Part shown: in pieces, positions 18,911-28,378 of the stretch | Layout: each line of letters opens with the position of its first letter | Position numbering within the stretch: position 1 is the stretch's first letter | Origin: a virus | Taxonomy: Duplodnaviria; Caudoviricetes | IMG/VR virus record: IMGVR_UViG_3300034777_000465 | Span: 1 to 32,740 of that record | Strand: one strand, 5' to 3' | Length of the DNA stretch: 32,740 bases | Notes under the pieces: model-generated | Seen by the model: only the letters and a program-made list of their open reading frames with translations | Databases searched by the model: none | What the model was told of the DNA's origin: nothing | Made by a program: the position numbers and the translations under genes

Positions 18911-19891
18911 CTACTGAGCAATATCAGCAACACATAAAGTACCAGCTGTGTGCTTAGTTGATGCAACGGCCAAATCCCAGTTGCTGCCTGTGAACAAAGC
19001 AGTATCTTCTGGAGAGGCTCCACCGTTGGCGATGTCCCAAGCATACCCTTTAACCTTAGTACCAAAAGAGTAGTCGGCCTGCCAAGTTGTATCAATGCGG
19101 CGGTTACCGTTTGTTGTATCAAGATTGGTAACAATATCGCTTGCACCATCAACAATAAGACCGCGATCACATAAAGACAAAACCTTAGTCTTATTAGGTG
19201 TGCCTGTTTCAGTCAATGCTGGAATGTCAGACACTACAAAAAGCTTGCCCAAAATTGACTGGACAGTGACATTGCTAGACTCAAACAATCGCTCACCGTT
19301 CTGCAAACCTTTCTCCAGCAGCTTGTGATATGCAGCGCCTGTCATTACATCAGCAACTAACTGTCCTGACATATCGCCAAACTTAGCATGGGAGCCGTTT
19401 AAGGCAGTCTGTGTTAAAGCACCAGCACCACCAGTTAGGGCAGATACATCATTAACCAATGCCGCCTGATTCTCAACAGCAGCAACACCACAACCGACAA
19501 CAGTATTGAGTTGATCGGCCAATAGCGCATCAGCAAAGCCCGCAGCAATTGCGTTAATTGCTTCTTCTGGCTGTGAAGCCAACCAGGTTAGCTGTGATGG
19601 TTCAAAGATTACAGGGCCAAAACCGCCAGCCACTTTAACACCAACAACTTCAGATTCCGCCAAAGCAGTAGCACTTTGAGAGCTGTTTGCGTTAGTGCGT
19701 ACAACTCGACGTTGTGCGCCAGCTAGTGAGCTATAAAAGGATTGGCGAGAATAGTTCCCGGAAAATTTGCCCAGTTCAAGAACAATAGCGCCGCCTGATG
19801 CAGTATTGAATTTGTCGGTCGATTGACCTAACAACTCAATAGTTCTCAGTCGGATTTGTTCGTTGTAAACCTGCATATTAGATAAAGCCAT
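18911..19891 (-). CDS. Major capsid protein
   Basis: 326 aa after the scaffold gene; KFGD, GYAWD..GGASP..L.TGSNW..KHTAG. Confidence 0.85.
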   Translation of the reverse strand: MALSNMQVYNEQIRLRTIELLGQSTDKFNTASGGAIVLELGKFSGNYSRQSFYSSLAGAQRRVVRTNANSSQSATALAESEVVGVKVAGGFGPVIFEPSQLTWLASQPEEAINAIAAGFADALLADQLNTVVGCGVAAVENQAALVNDVSALTGGAGALTQTALNGSHAKFGDMSGQLVADVMTGAAYHKLLEKGLQNGERLFESSNVTVQSILGKLFVVSDIPALTETGTPNKTKVLSLCDRGLIVDGASDIVTNLDTTNGNRRIDTTWQADYSFGTKVKGYAWDIANGGASPEDTALFTGSNWDLAVASTKHTAGTLCVADIAQ

Positions 19892-19918
19892 ATTAATTCA
19901 CCTTGGGCATCAGCCCTA

Positions 19919-20563
19919 TTAAGAAGTCAGACCGCTATCGCGGAGCCGTTTTTTGAAATCACTGTCTTTGTCGTCACTAGCGGCCTGACCACCTGGTGAA
20001 CCATTAGCCCCACTACCCTGAGTATTAGGAGCTTTGAGCATAGCCGACCATGTGGGGTCAGTTTCTGCATGTTTTAGAAAATCATTTGTATTGCTAAATT
20101 CCTTTTCGCCTGAGCGAATAGAAACTATTGCTGTGCCGTTATCGCCGTAAGTCACATCAGTTGATGCACTGAGCATCGCTTGTGCGGCTGGAGCGAAATT
20201 TTCATGCACCTTTGACAAAATGCCAAAATGGACGTCTTTCAAGTCTCGCTGTTTTAACATCTCCTTAGCAGCATTTGCTTCTGACTCAGCCTTAGCAACT
20301 AATTCAGCGCGTTCCTTTTCGCGCAATTGCTGTGCCTCGTTGTATTTGCCTTCAGCAAGTAATCTTTCTTCTTCGGCCTTAACTGCGGCCTGTCGCGCCT
20401 CTTCAGCGATCCGTTCCTTTTCAGAAACTACAGCCTTTGAGTCATTTACCTTGCCAAGCAATTCAGAATTCTTATTTTTTAAGCCCGTGATATTGTCTTC
20501 ATGGGCAGCTAAAATAGCCTGCTTCTGCTCTTCTGTTAAACCGTCAATCGTTGATAAATCCAT
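19919..20563 (-). CDS. Capsid scaffolding protein
   Basis: GLKNKNSELLG coiled coil, GSGANG tail; start MDLSTIDG at 20563 with RBS aaggtg. Confidence 0.75.
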   Translation of the reverse strand: MDLSTIDGLTEEQKQAILAAHEDNITGLKNKNSELLGKVNDSKAVVSEKERIAEEARQAAVKAEEERLLAEGKYNEAQQLREKERAELVAKAESEANAAKEMLKQRDLKDVHFGILSKVHENFAPAAQAMLSASTDVTYGDNGTAIVSIRSGEKEFSNTNDFLKHAETDPTWSAMLKAPNTQGSGANGSPGGQAASDDKDSDFKKRLRDSGLTS

Positions 20564-20603
20564 ATTTAGCACCTTATGCGTTTCGGGCCTAGCCCTGTTA
20601 TTA

Positions 20604-20660
20604 ATTATACACCTTAAAATTGTTATGACAAATATTGTCAAATAGTGGCAATTATTGTCA
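20604..20660 (-). promoter_or_regulatory. Scaffold/capsid promoter with two palindromic operator-like sites
   Basis: TTGTCA N16 TATAAT on the - strand; TGACAA-N3-TTGTCA (20626-20640) and TGGCAA-N3-TTGTCA (20646-20660). Confidence 0.6.
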
Positions 20661-21755
20661 ATTTTGTGCCCTTAGTATTTTGCCAAGAGCATTATCTTTA
20701 GCCTCAAGCTCTTTAAGAGTAAGCGGCGTAAGATTCTTTTCATCTATGGTCATTTTTGCGAATGACTCAGGGGTGATAGTTTTATTTTTTATTCCCTTTC
20801 TGAATGCCTTGCCTAGCGATGGCCCTAGCTGCTCATCTTGTGTAGCAGCGTCCAGCTTGGCAAATTCATCATAGAATATATTTTTAGAGTTGGTTTGTGT
20901 TGGCTGTAATAAACCGCTATCAGCATCACGAAAATTGCTTGGCCTGTTGCCCGCTTCTTGTTCGCCATCTTCTGCCGGGATATATGGGGATGCGCTTGAG
21001 CGGCAATTGTAATGCAGCGGCGGATAATATTGCCTTTCACTTTTCTTAAATATAGCCCCATCCCTAGATGAACATAGGCGGCTGGTGCGTGAATCAAGAA
21101 CAGATATGTGCTGCATATACTCAACAAGCGGCTCTTCTTCAAAATATACGCGCCTTGCTGTGTTGGCATAATGATTGGTTCCGGTTCTGGCTATACTCAT
21201 GGCCTCTTTTTGTGTCTTAATAATTCTATTATCCGTTTCAGTCAACACCTGGTTGGCTATAGCTCTAGTCGATACACCACCCACAAAACCATTAGCGACA
21301 ATGGCAGATATTTGTTGCGCGTTTTTGCTAGTGTAATTTGTAAGCATTTGATTGTATGAGGTATATGTGCCTTCACCCAGTTTTATAAGGCTGGTTTTCG
21401 CCGCTGTATTAACAGCAGCTTTTGTGATTACTACCGCCTCTGCATCTGGATACATTGCGCCTATTTGTTTTGATTGCCAATCTGCCTCGTATTTACCAAT
21501 AACGGCATCTTCTTTTGCCAGCTCTGTAGTGTATTCAGCAAGGTGGCGGCGTGTAATTTCATTTATATCAGATAACAGTTTCTTTCTGCGATTGGCAGTT
21601 AAGCTTTTGCCCACTTCCATATTAACGCGGTCAGTAATTTCTTTTTTCATTTCAGCTATATACGGCTTTGCATCATTGCCCAGCTTAGCTGCAATCCTTT
21701 GGATATACAGAGTGTGGGTTGCTTCAAGCGCAATCAGCTCTTCATTAGTCGCCAT
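20658..21755 (-). CDS. Minor head protein (SPP1 gp7 / Mu gpF family)
   Basis: IARTGTNH, LDSRTSRLCSSRDG, PPLHYNCRS. Confidence 0.85.
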   Translation of the reverse strand: MATNEELIALEATHTLYIQRIAAKLGNDAKPYIAEMKKEITDRVNMEVGKSLTANRRKKLLSDINEITRRHLAEYTTELAKEDAVIGKYEADWQSKQIGAMYPDAEAVVITKAAVNTAAKTSLIKLGEGTYTSYNQMLTNYTSKNAQQISAIVANGFVGGVSTRAIANQVLTETDNRIIKTQKEAMSIARTGTNHYANTARRVYFEEEPLVEYMQHISVLDSRTSRLCSSRDGAIFKKSERQYYPPLHYNCRSSASPYIPAEDGEQEAGNRPSNFRDADSGLLQPTQTNSKNIFYDEFAKLDAATQDEQLGPSLGKAFRKGIKNKTITPESFAKMTIDEKNLTPLTLKELEAKDNALGKILRAQN

Positions 21756-22003
21756 TAATGTTCTTTCACATGCTCAAACAGTTCTGGCGCATCCAGCAAA
21801 AGCCAAAAATAAACCACTGAATTAAATACCTGTGATTCCATAGCTTCTGTTATCTCGCCACTAATTTTGTCTATCATGCAGACATTATCGCCAATTTTCA
21901 TTAAATCAACCGGCCAATCACTATGACTGATACCATTGTTGCCGCAGTCATCAACAATATATTTAAGGCCGATACCACCATTTAACGGGATAACATTACT
22001 CAT
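21755..22003 (-). CDS. Hypothetical protein inserted in the head operon
   Basis: 82 aa, coupled to both neighbours. Confidence 0.55.
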   Translation of the reverse strand: MSNVIPLNGGIGLKYIVDDCGNNGISHSDWPVDLMKIGDNVCMIDKISGEITEAMESQVFNSVVYFWLLLDAPELFEHVKEH

Positions 22004-23453
22004 CTGGCTGATTCTCTAGCTGGCTGTTTAATTGACTGGTTAAATTATCTACCTGCATTCTCAATTCAGCAACAACCTCACTTTCACCGTCTGCCTCATT
22101 CTCTAATGTATCGTCTAACTCCTCGTTTGTCTTATCAGTATAGCCAGCCTTGCGCTTAACTTCGTGCAGCTCTTCTAGTGAAGCCGCCCCGCCTTGCACC
22201 ATTTGAAACATTGCCAGCACATCTTGGAATGTCATTGATTCAGTCACAAATCTATTATTCACCTTAACCAATATGCTGTCATCTGGTACGCCCATGATCT
22301 CAGCAGACCAAATAGCGCACTGAGTTAAACCCTGAGAAACATTCATAGCGATGCGCTTGAGTTGTGATGTGGCGGCATTCTTTTCCATCACCTCACCGCC
22401 CAGCGTTTTAGATGATGATTTGTCCTGCACCACTTGTGCGCCCAACATTATCATGCGCTGCTCATCCCTCAGCATTTCGCTAGCAATCGCACCGGTAGCA
22501 TCAATCTGTAATATCTCTACCCTATCGCCCTGCTCAAACATGTTTTTTCCTTTAGCACCCACATCCATACCAGAAGGGTTAAGTTCTGAGAATGACTCAT
22601 TGTCCATTGAGGTATAAACATTTGTCATGCCTTGGCCGTGATAATGCAGGTTATCTCGATTATCGCAATCCAGCATAAAATGGCCAAGATTCTGATGTGC
22701 TAGGTCAAACATTACTGGCCTATCAAATGACGGGCGATTGTTTTCTGATCCTATAAACTGGAACGGTATATAGCTCAATGTTGCGCCATTGACCATAGGC
22801 GTTATGGTTGAGCCGTATTGGTCACCATCCCTGTAGATGCTTGATGTATAAACGCCATCGCGCAGACTTAAAACGCGCTGCTGTGCTTCAAGCTTATAAA
22901 TGCCGTCATCATATTCATAGTAAGTTTCACTCAAAACCACTTGAACGAGTACGTCCTGATCTACCACATAATGCGTGATATTTTCAGCACAATAAGGGAT
23001 CCACTTGGGCAGGGCTTGGTTTGCATCAGCAATTGTTCCGCCTGTTAATGTTGGCGGGTCAACCAAAATACCTGATCTGGCCGTTATTAAAACCTCGCTA
23101 GTAATATTGTTGGCGAAATCTTGCAGGGTCGAATTTGCGCCATCTGAATTATTTTTCAAACCTTCAAGCCTATCAGGCAGCTCTATTTCGATCGGCTTTT
23201 CGGAAATCATGCCTAAATAGGTATCATGCGTAGTGCCGGTGAAGTTGGTAAACCTCCCCCGGGAAAAATAATCATGCTTTCGCTTTGATAACTCAGCACT
23301 ATTATTGGTTCGGTAATTAGGTGCAATAACACTAAAATAACCCTGATCGCTAGTTAATAATTCAACTACACCAGGTTTTCCACGAATAGCAGCCCTAATT
23401 TGTGACCATACCGGCAGTAAGTCTGTATATTGCTTATCATCTTCAAATTTCAT
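21996..23453 (-). CDS. Portal protein (DUF4055-like)
   Basis: 485 aa after TerL; RSGILVD, YIPFQFIG, DLAHQNLGH, MIMLGA. Confidence 0.85.
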   Translation of the reverse strand: MKFEDDKQYTDLLPVWSQIRAAIRGKPGVVELLTSDQGYFSVIAPNYRTNNSAELSKRKHDYFSRGRFTNFTGTTHDTYLGMISEKPIEIELPDRLEGLKNNSDGANSTLQDFANNITSEVLITARSGILVDPPTLTGGTIADANQALPKWIPYCAENITHYVVDQDVLVQVVLSETYYEYDDGIYKLEAQQRVLSLRDGVYTSSIYRDGDQYGSTITPMVNGATLSYIPFQFIGSENNRPSFDRPVMFDLAHQNLGHFMLDCDNRDNLHYHGQGMTNVYTSMDNESFSELNPSGMDVGAKGKNMFEQGDRVEILQIDATGAIASEMLRDEQRMIMLGAQVVQDKSSSKTLGGEVMEKNAATSQLKRIAMNVSQGLTQCAIWSAEIMGVPDDSILVKVNNRFVTESMTFQDVLAMFQMVQGGAASLEELHEVKRKAGYTDKTNEELDDTLENEADGESEVVAELRMQVDNLTSQLNSQLENQPDE

Positions 23454-23456
23454 AGG

Positions 23457-24809
23457 TTACCCATGTATTGCAAATCGTTTGCGATTGCGTTTTATCAAGT
23501 GGGGACATGCCGCCATAATAAAGGCATCGGCCAAATCGTGCGACTTCTGGAGCCGCTTCTTAACGTCTTTTTTAGATTCTACCATATCAAGCCCGCGTTT
23601 TGAGTAGTCCCTATGCGGCGTAGATAGCTCAACTTTTAACGCCTCAAGTTGGCTAATATCTGAGCTTATAGAAATCAATTCATTGGGGCCAAACTTCATG
23701 CCCTTAGTAACAGCATTATAGGTGTTGCGCAGCCTATCTGCTACGTCCTGCCAGGACTGAGCCTTTAGATTCTCAAATTTCTTCTTGTTGGTTATCTTGG
23801 GGCTGTATTCTCTATCGGGATTGAACACATCAGCAGCAGCATTGAATTTGTAATATTCATCCTTTTTCTTGTTTTTCAGTATAGAACCAACACCAGCACC
23901 CACGCCAATAGAATCATAGGCAAAGGTTCCACCCCCTGCAACATGGTTATAGGCTCTCAATGTTGATTCTTCTAGCTCATCTTCGCCAGCCTTCCAAGCA
24001 TCCAAATCAGTAGCTATAGCACCATTAAACCTTACAGCACAATTCCTATCTTCACCGCTATCGGCGACATCATAACCAACATGACAGTGCCCTGATAAAT
24101 CAATATTGAGTGTTATGTGTGAATCAATCGCAGCCTCAACCCATGAGCGTTTGATTATAGCTTTGTCATCATCACTTAGCGGCACCCCCCCATATATATG
24201 AGTATAGGAGTCATAATCAACTAATTTAAGCTTTGCGGCCTTGCGCTTGGCAGTGTCCGATAGAAACGGATTTTCATTGTAGTTAATAGTGCGCGTTAAT
24301 AGGTCGTCACCCAATAAAGCAGGCAACTCAGTCTCTACAAAATCACTAACAAGTCTGGGGTTATATATCAGCCAAAGCTCTGAATTTTCACCACGCAAAG
24401 TGGGGTCAATAATATCCCATTGGTCTCGGGTTAAAGCCTCGCCTTCTTCTATCCAGCATATATCTATCCCCTCAGTGCCTTTAATTTCTGAGATATTGCG
24501 GGCTATGCCGTAGAACTTGAATACTGAGCCTTGAGTGTTATGCGTGATTGTATTGTTATTAATCGTAAATTCATCTTGCCACCCTGCCTCGTATATTTTA
24601 TCAACCAGGATGGTATAAACAGAGTCAGCAATGCGGCTTTGGAACATACGCAAGCAAAGGAAATCAAGAGAATAGTTTCGGGCAAGGTAAACCGCCATAC
24701 CAGCAGCATCATGGGTTTTAGATGAAAAGCGGCCACCTTTAAGCCGCTTATACATGGATGGGGTCTGCCAGAAGTTTTTAAGATTCGGGTTTAGCTGATA
24801 CATCGGCAT
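23457..24809 (-). CDS. terL: Terminase large subunit (PBSX/SPP1-like)
   Basis: GGRFSSKT (Walker A variant), WIEEGE (Walker B), YDVAD, HDLADA nuclease motifs. Confidence 0.92.
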   Translation of the reverse strand: MPMYQLNPNLKNFWQTPSMYKRLKGGRFSSKTHDAAGMAVYLARNYSLDFLCLRMFQSRIADSVYTILVDKIYEAGWQDEFTINNNTITHNTQGSVFKFYGIARNISEIKGTEGIDICWIEEGEALTRDQWDIIDPTLRGENSELWLIYNPRLVSDFVETELPALLGDDLLTRTINYNENPFLSDTAKRKAAKLKLVDYDSYTHIYGGVPLSDDDKAIIKRSWVEAAIDSHITLNIDLSGHCHVGYDVADSGEDRNCAVRFNGAIATDLDAWKAGEDELEESTLRAYNHVAGGGTFAYDSIGVGAGVGSILKNKKKDEYYKFNAAADVFNPDREYSPKITNKKKFENLKAQSWQDVADRLRNTYNAVTKGMKFGPNELISISSDISQLEALKVELSTPHRDYSKRGLDMVESKKDVKKRLQKSHDLADAFIMAACPHLIKRNRKRFAIHG

Positions 24810-25173
24810 AAAAGTCAGCTAGACCTCTATCTGGTGTCATTGAGCCGTCAGAGCTTGTGTTATCGACAATGGTTTTATCAGAATAGCCGTGATTCGCCAG
24901 CATCAACTTGGATATATTGCTGTTTAATTGGTTTGAAAGCGAGCCATTAGTTAGCTTAACCTCTTGAACGGCGTTTAATGTATCTAACGTGTCTAAAAAT
25001 TTAGTAAATTTCTTGGCCCAATTGTAAACCGTAGCTTTTGATATGCCCAAATGCAGGGCCAAGCCTGCTGCTGTGGGTACTGTTTGTGGGTTATCGCCTT
25101 CCATATAGGTCAATAAGTAATCATCAGCCAAATCTTGTATCTGTTTGCTGTAATCTGTTGGCCTGCCCGCCAT
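24778..25173 (-). CDS. terS: Terminase small subunit
   Basis: MAGRPTDY, PTAAGLALHLGISKATVYNW, KLMLANHGYSDK. Confidence 0.85.
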   Translation of the reverse strand: MAGRPTDYSKQIQDLADDYLLTYMEGDNPQTVPTAAGLALHLGISKATVYNWAKKFTKFLDTLDTLNAVQEVKLTNGSLSNQLNSNISKLMLANHGYSDKTIVDNTSSDGSMTPDRGLADFYADVSAKPES

Positions 25174-25219
25174 ATATCATCCACCTTATGAATAATAGAA
25201 TACGCCCTAAGCGCGTTAA

Positions 25220-25543
25220 TTAGCCGCCTAATTTAGCAACTATATCCTGTAATGTACTGCCTTGCGTTTCATTATTTACAGCATCTGCTGAATATACATT
25301 CCAATTAAATGATGCCTGTACCATGTTACTACCATCTATCGCTGTTACGGTAACAAGTGATCTTTCTACAGTGCCTGTGAATGTATATGTAACAACTCCA
25401 GTATCACCGGTTTGAGTGGCCCCTGCTGGCAATCCTGTTATAAGGTAAGAAGTTGCGCCTGTCCAATTTAAACCCAGATCAATGCTACCTGTAGCATCAT
25501 TTTCTCTACTCAAATTGTTATATGGGTATATCAATTCTGGCAC
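25220..25543 (-). CDS. Ig-like (He_PIG-type) domain protein with KLGG C-terminus
   Basis: SYLITGLPAGA..TGVVTYT..VTVTA..FNWNV; GTG start with RBS aggtga. Confidence 0.65.
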   Translation of the reverse strand: MPELIYPYNNLSRENDATGSIDLGLNWTGATSYLITGLPAGATQTGDTGVVTYTFTGTVERSLVTVTAIDGSNMVQASFNWNVYSADAVNNETQGSTLQDIVAKLGG

Positions 25544-25577
25544 ATTATCACCTGCTCATAGCTGTTATAAATTGCAT

Positions 25578-26315
25578 TTAGCCGCCTAATTTAATCCCTA
25601 TATCGCGTATTTTCTTGTTTCTAGTTTCTTTGTTTACCCCTGCTGATGAGTAAACATTCCAATAAAAACTAGATTGCGCCGAGCCTGCCGAGTTAGTAGC
25701 CACTACAGTAACTAGTGATCTTTGTGCATTCCCGGTGAATGTATAGTCCACTACACCAGTATTCCCGGATTGTATTGCACCAGGCGGCAATCCATTTATT
25801 GAATAGCTTGTTGCACCATTCCAGTTAGTGCCTAAATCAATGCTGCCTGTTGCATCATCTGGTGTGCTCACATTGCCATATGGGGCTGTTAATGTTGGCC
25901 TGCCCGAAATGGGCGCAATGATAAGAGAATCAGGAAAATCTACCTCAATCTCTACGCGCTGCCCAGTCGTTATTGTTTGGGTCGCACCACTAACAATATA
26001 AAGTATGTTGCCGCCAACTGCCTGTATGGTAGCCACATCACCTGGAACAATAGTAGTCGTACCTATAACTGGGTCTATTATTTTAACTGATGTAACAGGT
26101 AAGGGGTCACTAACATTGAAAAACGTGTTCGCTTTAAAAAGTAGTCCGGCTTTTGTGCTAACACCTGAATTGCTATAAACACCCGCCAGCTCAACAGAAT
26201 CGCTATCTTCAGCAATAACGGGGTAGCCATCACCATCCGTACCATCTGATGCCTTGCCAACACTGGCTGCGCCGAAACTGTCCGTATAGGCCTCTGCAAT
26301 AACGCTATATTTCAT
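25578..26315 (-). CDS. Two-domain protein: beta-rich domain X plus Ig-like domain, KLGG C-terminus
   Basis: C-terminal half is paralogous to 25220..25543; N-terminal half is paralogous to 26319..26759. Confidence 0.65.
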   Translation of the reverse strand: MKYSVIAEAYTDSFGAASVGKASDGTDGDGYPVIAEDSDSVELAGVYSNSGVSTKAGLLFKANTFFNVSDPLPVTSVKIIDPVIGTTTIVPGDVATIQAVGGNILYIVSGATQTITTGQRVEIEVDFPDSLIIAPISGRPTLTAPYGNVSTPDDATGSIDLGTNWNGATSYSINGLPPGAIQSGNTGVVDYTFTGNAQRSLVTVVATNSAGSAQSSFYWNVYSSAGVNKETRNKKIRDIGIKLGG

Positions 26316-26318
26316 ACA

Positions 26319-26759
26319 TTAACCCGTGATAACGCCAATGACGTTATTGTTAAACTCAATCTCAAAATCCACATCATCACCACCAGCCGCAGAATATGAT
26401 GGAAAACCATAGCCATTTGCAAGTGCCAGCTTGTTAGTACCATCCGTTGTGACTGAACCAAATGCAGCAGCGGGCACAGTTATTGTGCCCTGCGCCGGGT
26501 TTGTTTTATTTGTTAAAGATATACTTTTGAATGGTACTTGCTGGCCTACTGTTGCTAGTGAGCCGTTAAAATATAGTGTAATGCTTGTAGCAGTCAAAAT
26601 AGCATAATTAAGCACAAAATCACCGTTTGTGCCTTCTAAATTGACGGGCAGACCATCAGCAGCCGCTGGCGTTGTAGGAGCGCCAAAAACTATTCCGCCA
26701 CCCAAAATAGGCACTACGCCGAAATATGTTGTAGTTAATGTGCTGCCTTTTAGCTTCAT
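26319..26759 (-). CDS. Beta-rich domain X protein, probable virion accessory
   Basis: T/G/V-rich; aligns by eye with the N-terminal half of the next gene. Confidence 0.55.
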   Translation of the reverse strand: MKLKGSTLTTTYFGVVPILGGGIVFGAPTTPAAADGLPVNLEGTNGDFVLNYAILTATSITLYFNGSLATVGQQVPFKSISLTNKTNPAQGTITVPAAAFGSVTTDGTNKLALANGYGFPSYSAAGGDDVDFEIEFNNNVIGVITG

Positions 26760-27208
26760 TCAACAATGCCCTCATTTGGCAGGGTAAAATACAAAGCCGA
26801 CTTCATAAATTCGTAAACATTGCTCCCATAGGCATCGGAAGCAGATTGTAAAATTTTATCGAAATCTCGCCCAGTTATATATTTTTCACCCGTATCAGTA
26901 AAGGCTACAAATATTTTGTTGGTGATTGATATTCCATAATGGGTTAAATTTTGAGTGTCTATGTTTAAAATATTAGCCGCAGCCTGCAAAAAGCACCCTC
27001 TGGCATCGCTAACAATTGCATTATAGGCGATGTAGGTTTCTGTCGATAATTCATAAACACCATGCTTATCCAGGTCGTTTCCAGCATTATCAAGCTCGGT
27101 GTGAGTCAACTTCAAGCTTCCAATTTTAGTGTTCTCAATAACTGTTACCAGCTTAATTGCTGTCGTTGTGACTGTATAATTTATCGGCTGATCTAATTTC
27201 AATGGCAT
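26756..27208 (-). CDS. Hypothetical protein
   Basis: 150 aa, RBS gagggg, preceded by TGTTATAAT. Confidence 0.6.
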   Translation of the reverse strand: MPLKLDQPINYTVTTTAIKLVTVIENTKIGSLKLTHTELDNAGNDLDKHGVYELSTETYIAYNAIVSDARGCFLQAAANILNIDTQNLTHYGISITNKIFVAFTDTGEKYITGRDFDKILQSASDAYGSNVYEFMKSALYFTLPNEGIVE

Positions 27209-27252
27209 TTTTTGCCCCTCATCCCCTAATTATTAGACTAATTATAACAAAT

Positions 27253-27483
27253 TTAACAGCCACGGCCACTCTGGCTATACGGTATAGGCTCTCGGTGCGG
27301 TGAAACTGTTGGCTGTATTAGATAAAAACTGCCATCGTATTTAGCAATACCAATATGCCCGCCTTTGCCATTATCAACCCAATAGGTAGGTATATCAAAA
27401 TGCCTAGCCCCTTCTTTGGATATAAAATGGCTTTTACTAACCTTGATACCATGCCTGTCTTCTACATACTGCGCTTTGCTCAT
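27253..27483 (-). CDS. Hypothetical protein, possibly from a leaderless transcript
   Basis: TATAAT lies 6 nt before the ATG; no SD. Confidence 0.5.
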   Translation of the reverse strand: MSKAQYVEDRHGIKVSKSHFISKEGARHFDIPTYWVDNGKGGHIGIAKYDGSFYLIQPTVSPHREPIPYSQSGRGC

Positions 27484-27536
27484 TAGAGCATTATATCAGC
27501 TATAGGGCATAGAACAATTATTGAGCTATTGATTGA

Positions 27537-27725
27537 TTAATGGAATAGGCGCTTTTTAAAATCACTGTTCCGCAAATCAACGGCCCTAGCAATTGCCAGC
27601 CAGTCCTCTGCCATGTAATCACACTGCTCATCAGCAATAGCTTGTTCCAATTTATCCAAATGCTGCGACAATTCCTGCCGCGTTTGTGCTAATTCAATGC
27701 CGTTGTAAATATCTTCAGTTTTCAA
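27537..27725 (-). CDS. Hypothetical protein
   Basis: 62 aa, overlaps the MTase stop. Confidence 0.5.
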   Translation of the reverse strand: MKTEDIYNGIELAQTRQELSQHLDKLEQAIADEQCDYMAEDWLAIARAVDLRNSDFKKRLFH

Positions 27726-28378
27726 AATAAGCTCTCCTGTTTGGTTTCGTTGTTGAATCGTTCCGTTGCCGCCTTATAATAATCTTCATCCAGTTCGGTG
27801 CCAACAAAGTCAAAGCCGCCGTAATGGGCTGCTATTGCGCTTGAGCCTGAGCCTAAGTGGGTATCAAGTATCTTGTCGCCTTCTTTGGCGTAGTTGCTTA
27901 ATAGCCATTCGTAGAGCTTAACGGGCTTTTGGGTTGGGTGGATGCGGATTTCTTTGTTTTTCATATCCCCCTGAATCATGCCGTTCCAAGTGTATTTCCA
28001 GATCCTTAAAGCTCTATCAAACGAGCTAAAAGCTAACTCAGCATCACTAAACTTTGTTGCGCCGTTATCCTTATCCCAAACAATCCAGCCCATTGATGGT
28101 GGCAAATAGTGGCTCATGTAGTTAGCGCCCCATACTATCTGATTCTTACTAACCCTAATCAGTTGGTCAAAATAGGATTTATCAGGTATGCGCTTATCCC
28201 AATCTTTAGCAGCAAAAGCAGTCTTATAACTTGCACCTTGACCGCTCTTTCTTTCTTCGCCTGAAAAGGTGTTAGCAGCATCAATCCCATAAGGCGGGTC
28301 AACAATAGCCAAGTCAAAAGCATTGTCATCACAGCTTTTCAGATATTCCATGCAATCACAATTTAGTAATTCAATCAT
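27722..28378 (-). CDS. Orphan DNA amino-methyltransferase (beta class, N6A/N4C)
   Basis: DPPY catalytic motif precedes HPTQKP and the DTHLGSGSS SAM-binding motif. Confidence 0.9.
   Translation of the reverse strand: MIELLNCDCMEYLKSCDDNAFDLAIVDPPYGIDAANTFSGEERKSGQGASYKTAFAAKDWDKRIPDKSYFDQLIRVSKNQIVWGANYMSHYLPPSMGWIVWDKDNGATKFSDAELAFSSFDRALRIWKYTWNGMIQGDMKNKEIRIHPTQKPVKLYEWLLSNYAKEGDKILDTHLGSGSSAIAAHYGGFDFVGTELDEDYYKAATERFNNETKQESLF

Noticed and set aside
25220-25600. Ubiquitin-like conjugation from the C-terminal LGG
   Set aside because: The preceding domain looks Ig-like rather than beta-grasp, and no E1/E2/JAB genes are visible; kept only as a caveat.
25220-26315. Diversity-generating retroelement (TR/VR pair)
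   Set aside because: Both copies are intact ORFs, the differences are not adenine-specific, and no reverse transcriptase is present.
27722-28378. Restriction-modification system
   Set aside because: No adjacent endonuclease; orphan MTases are common in phages.
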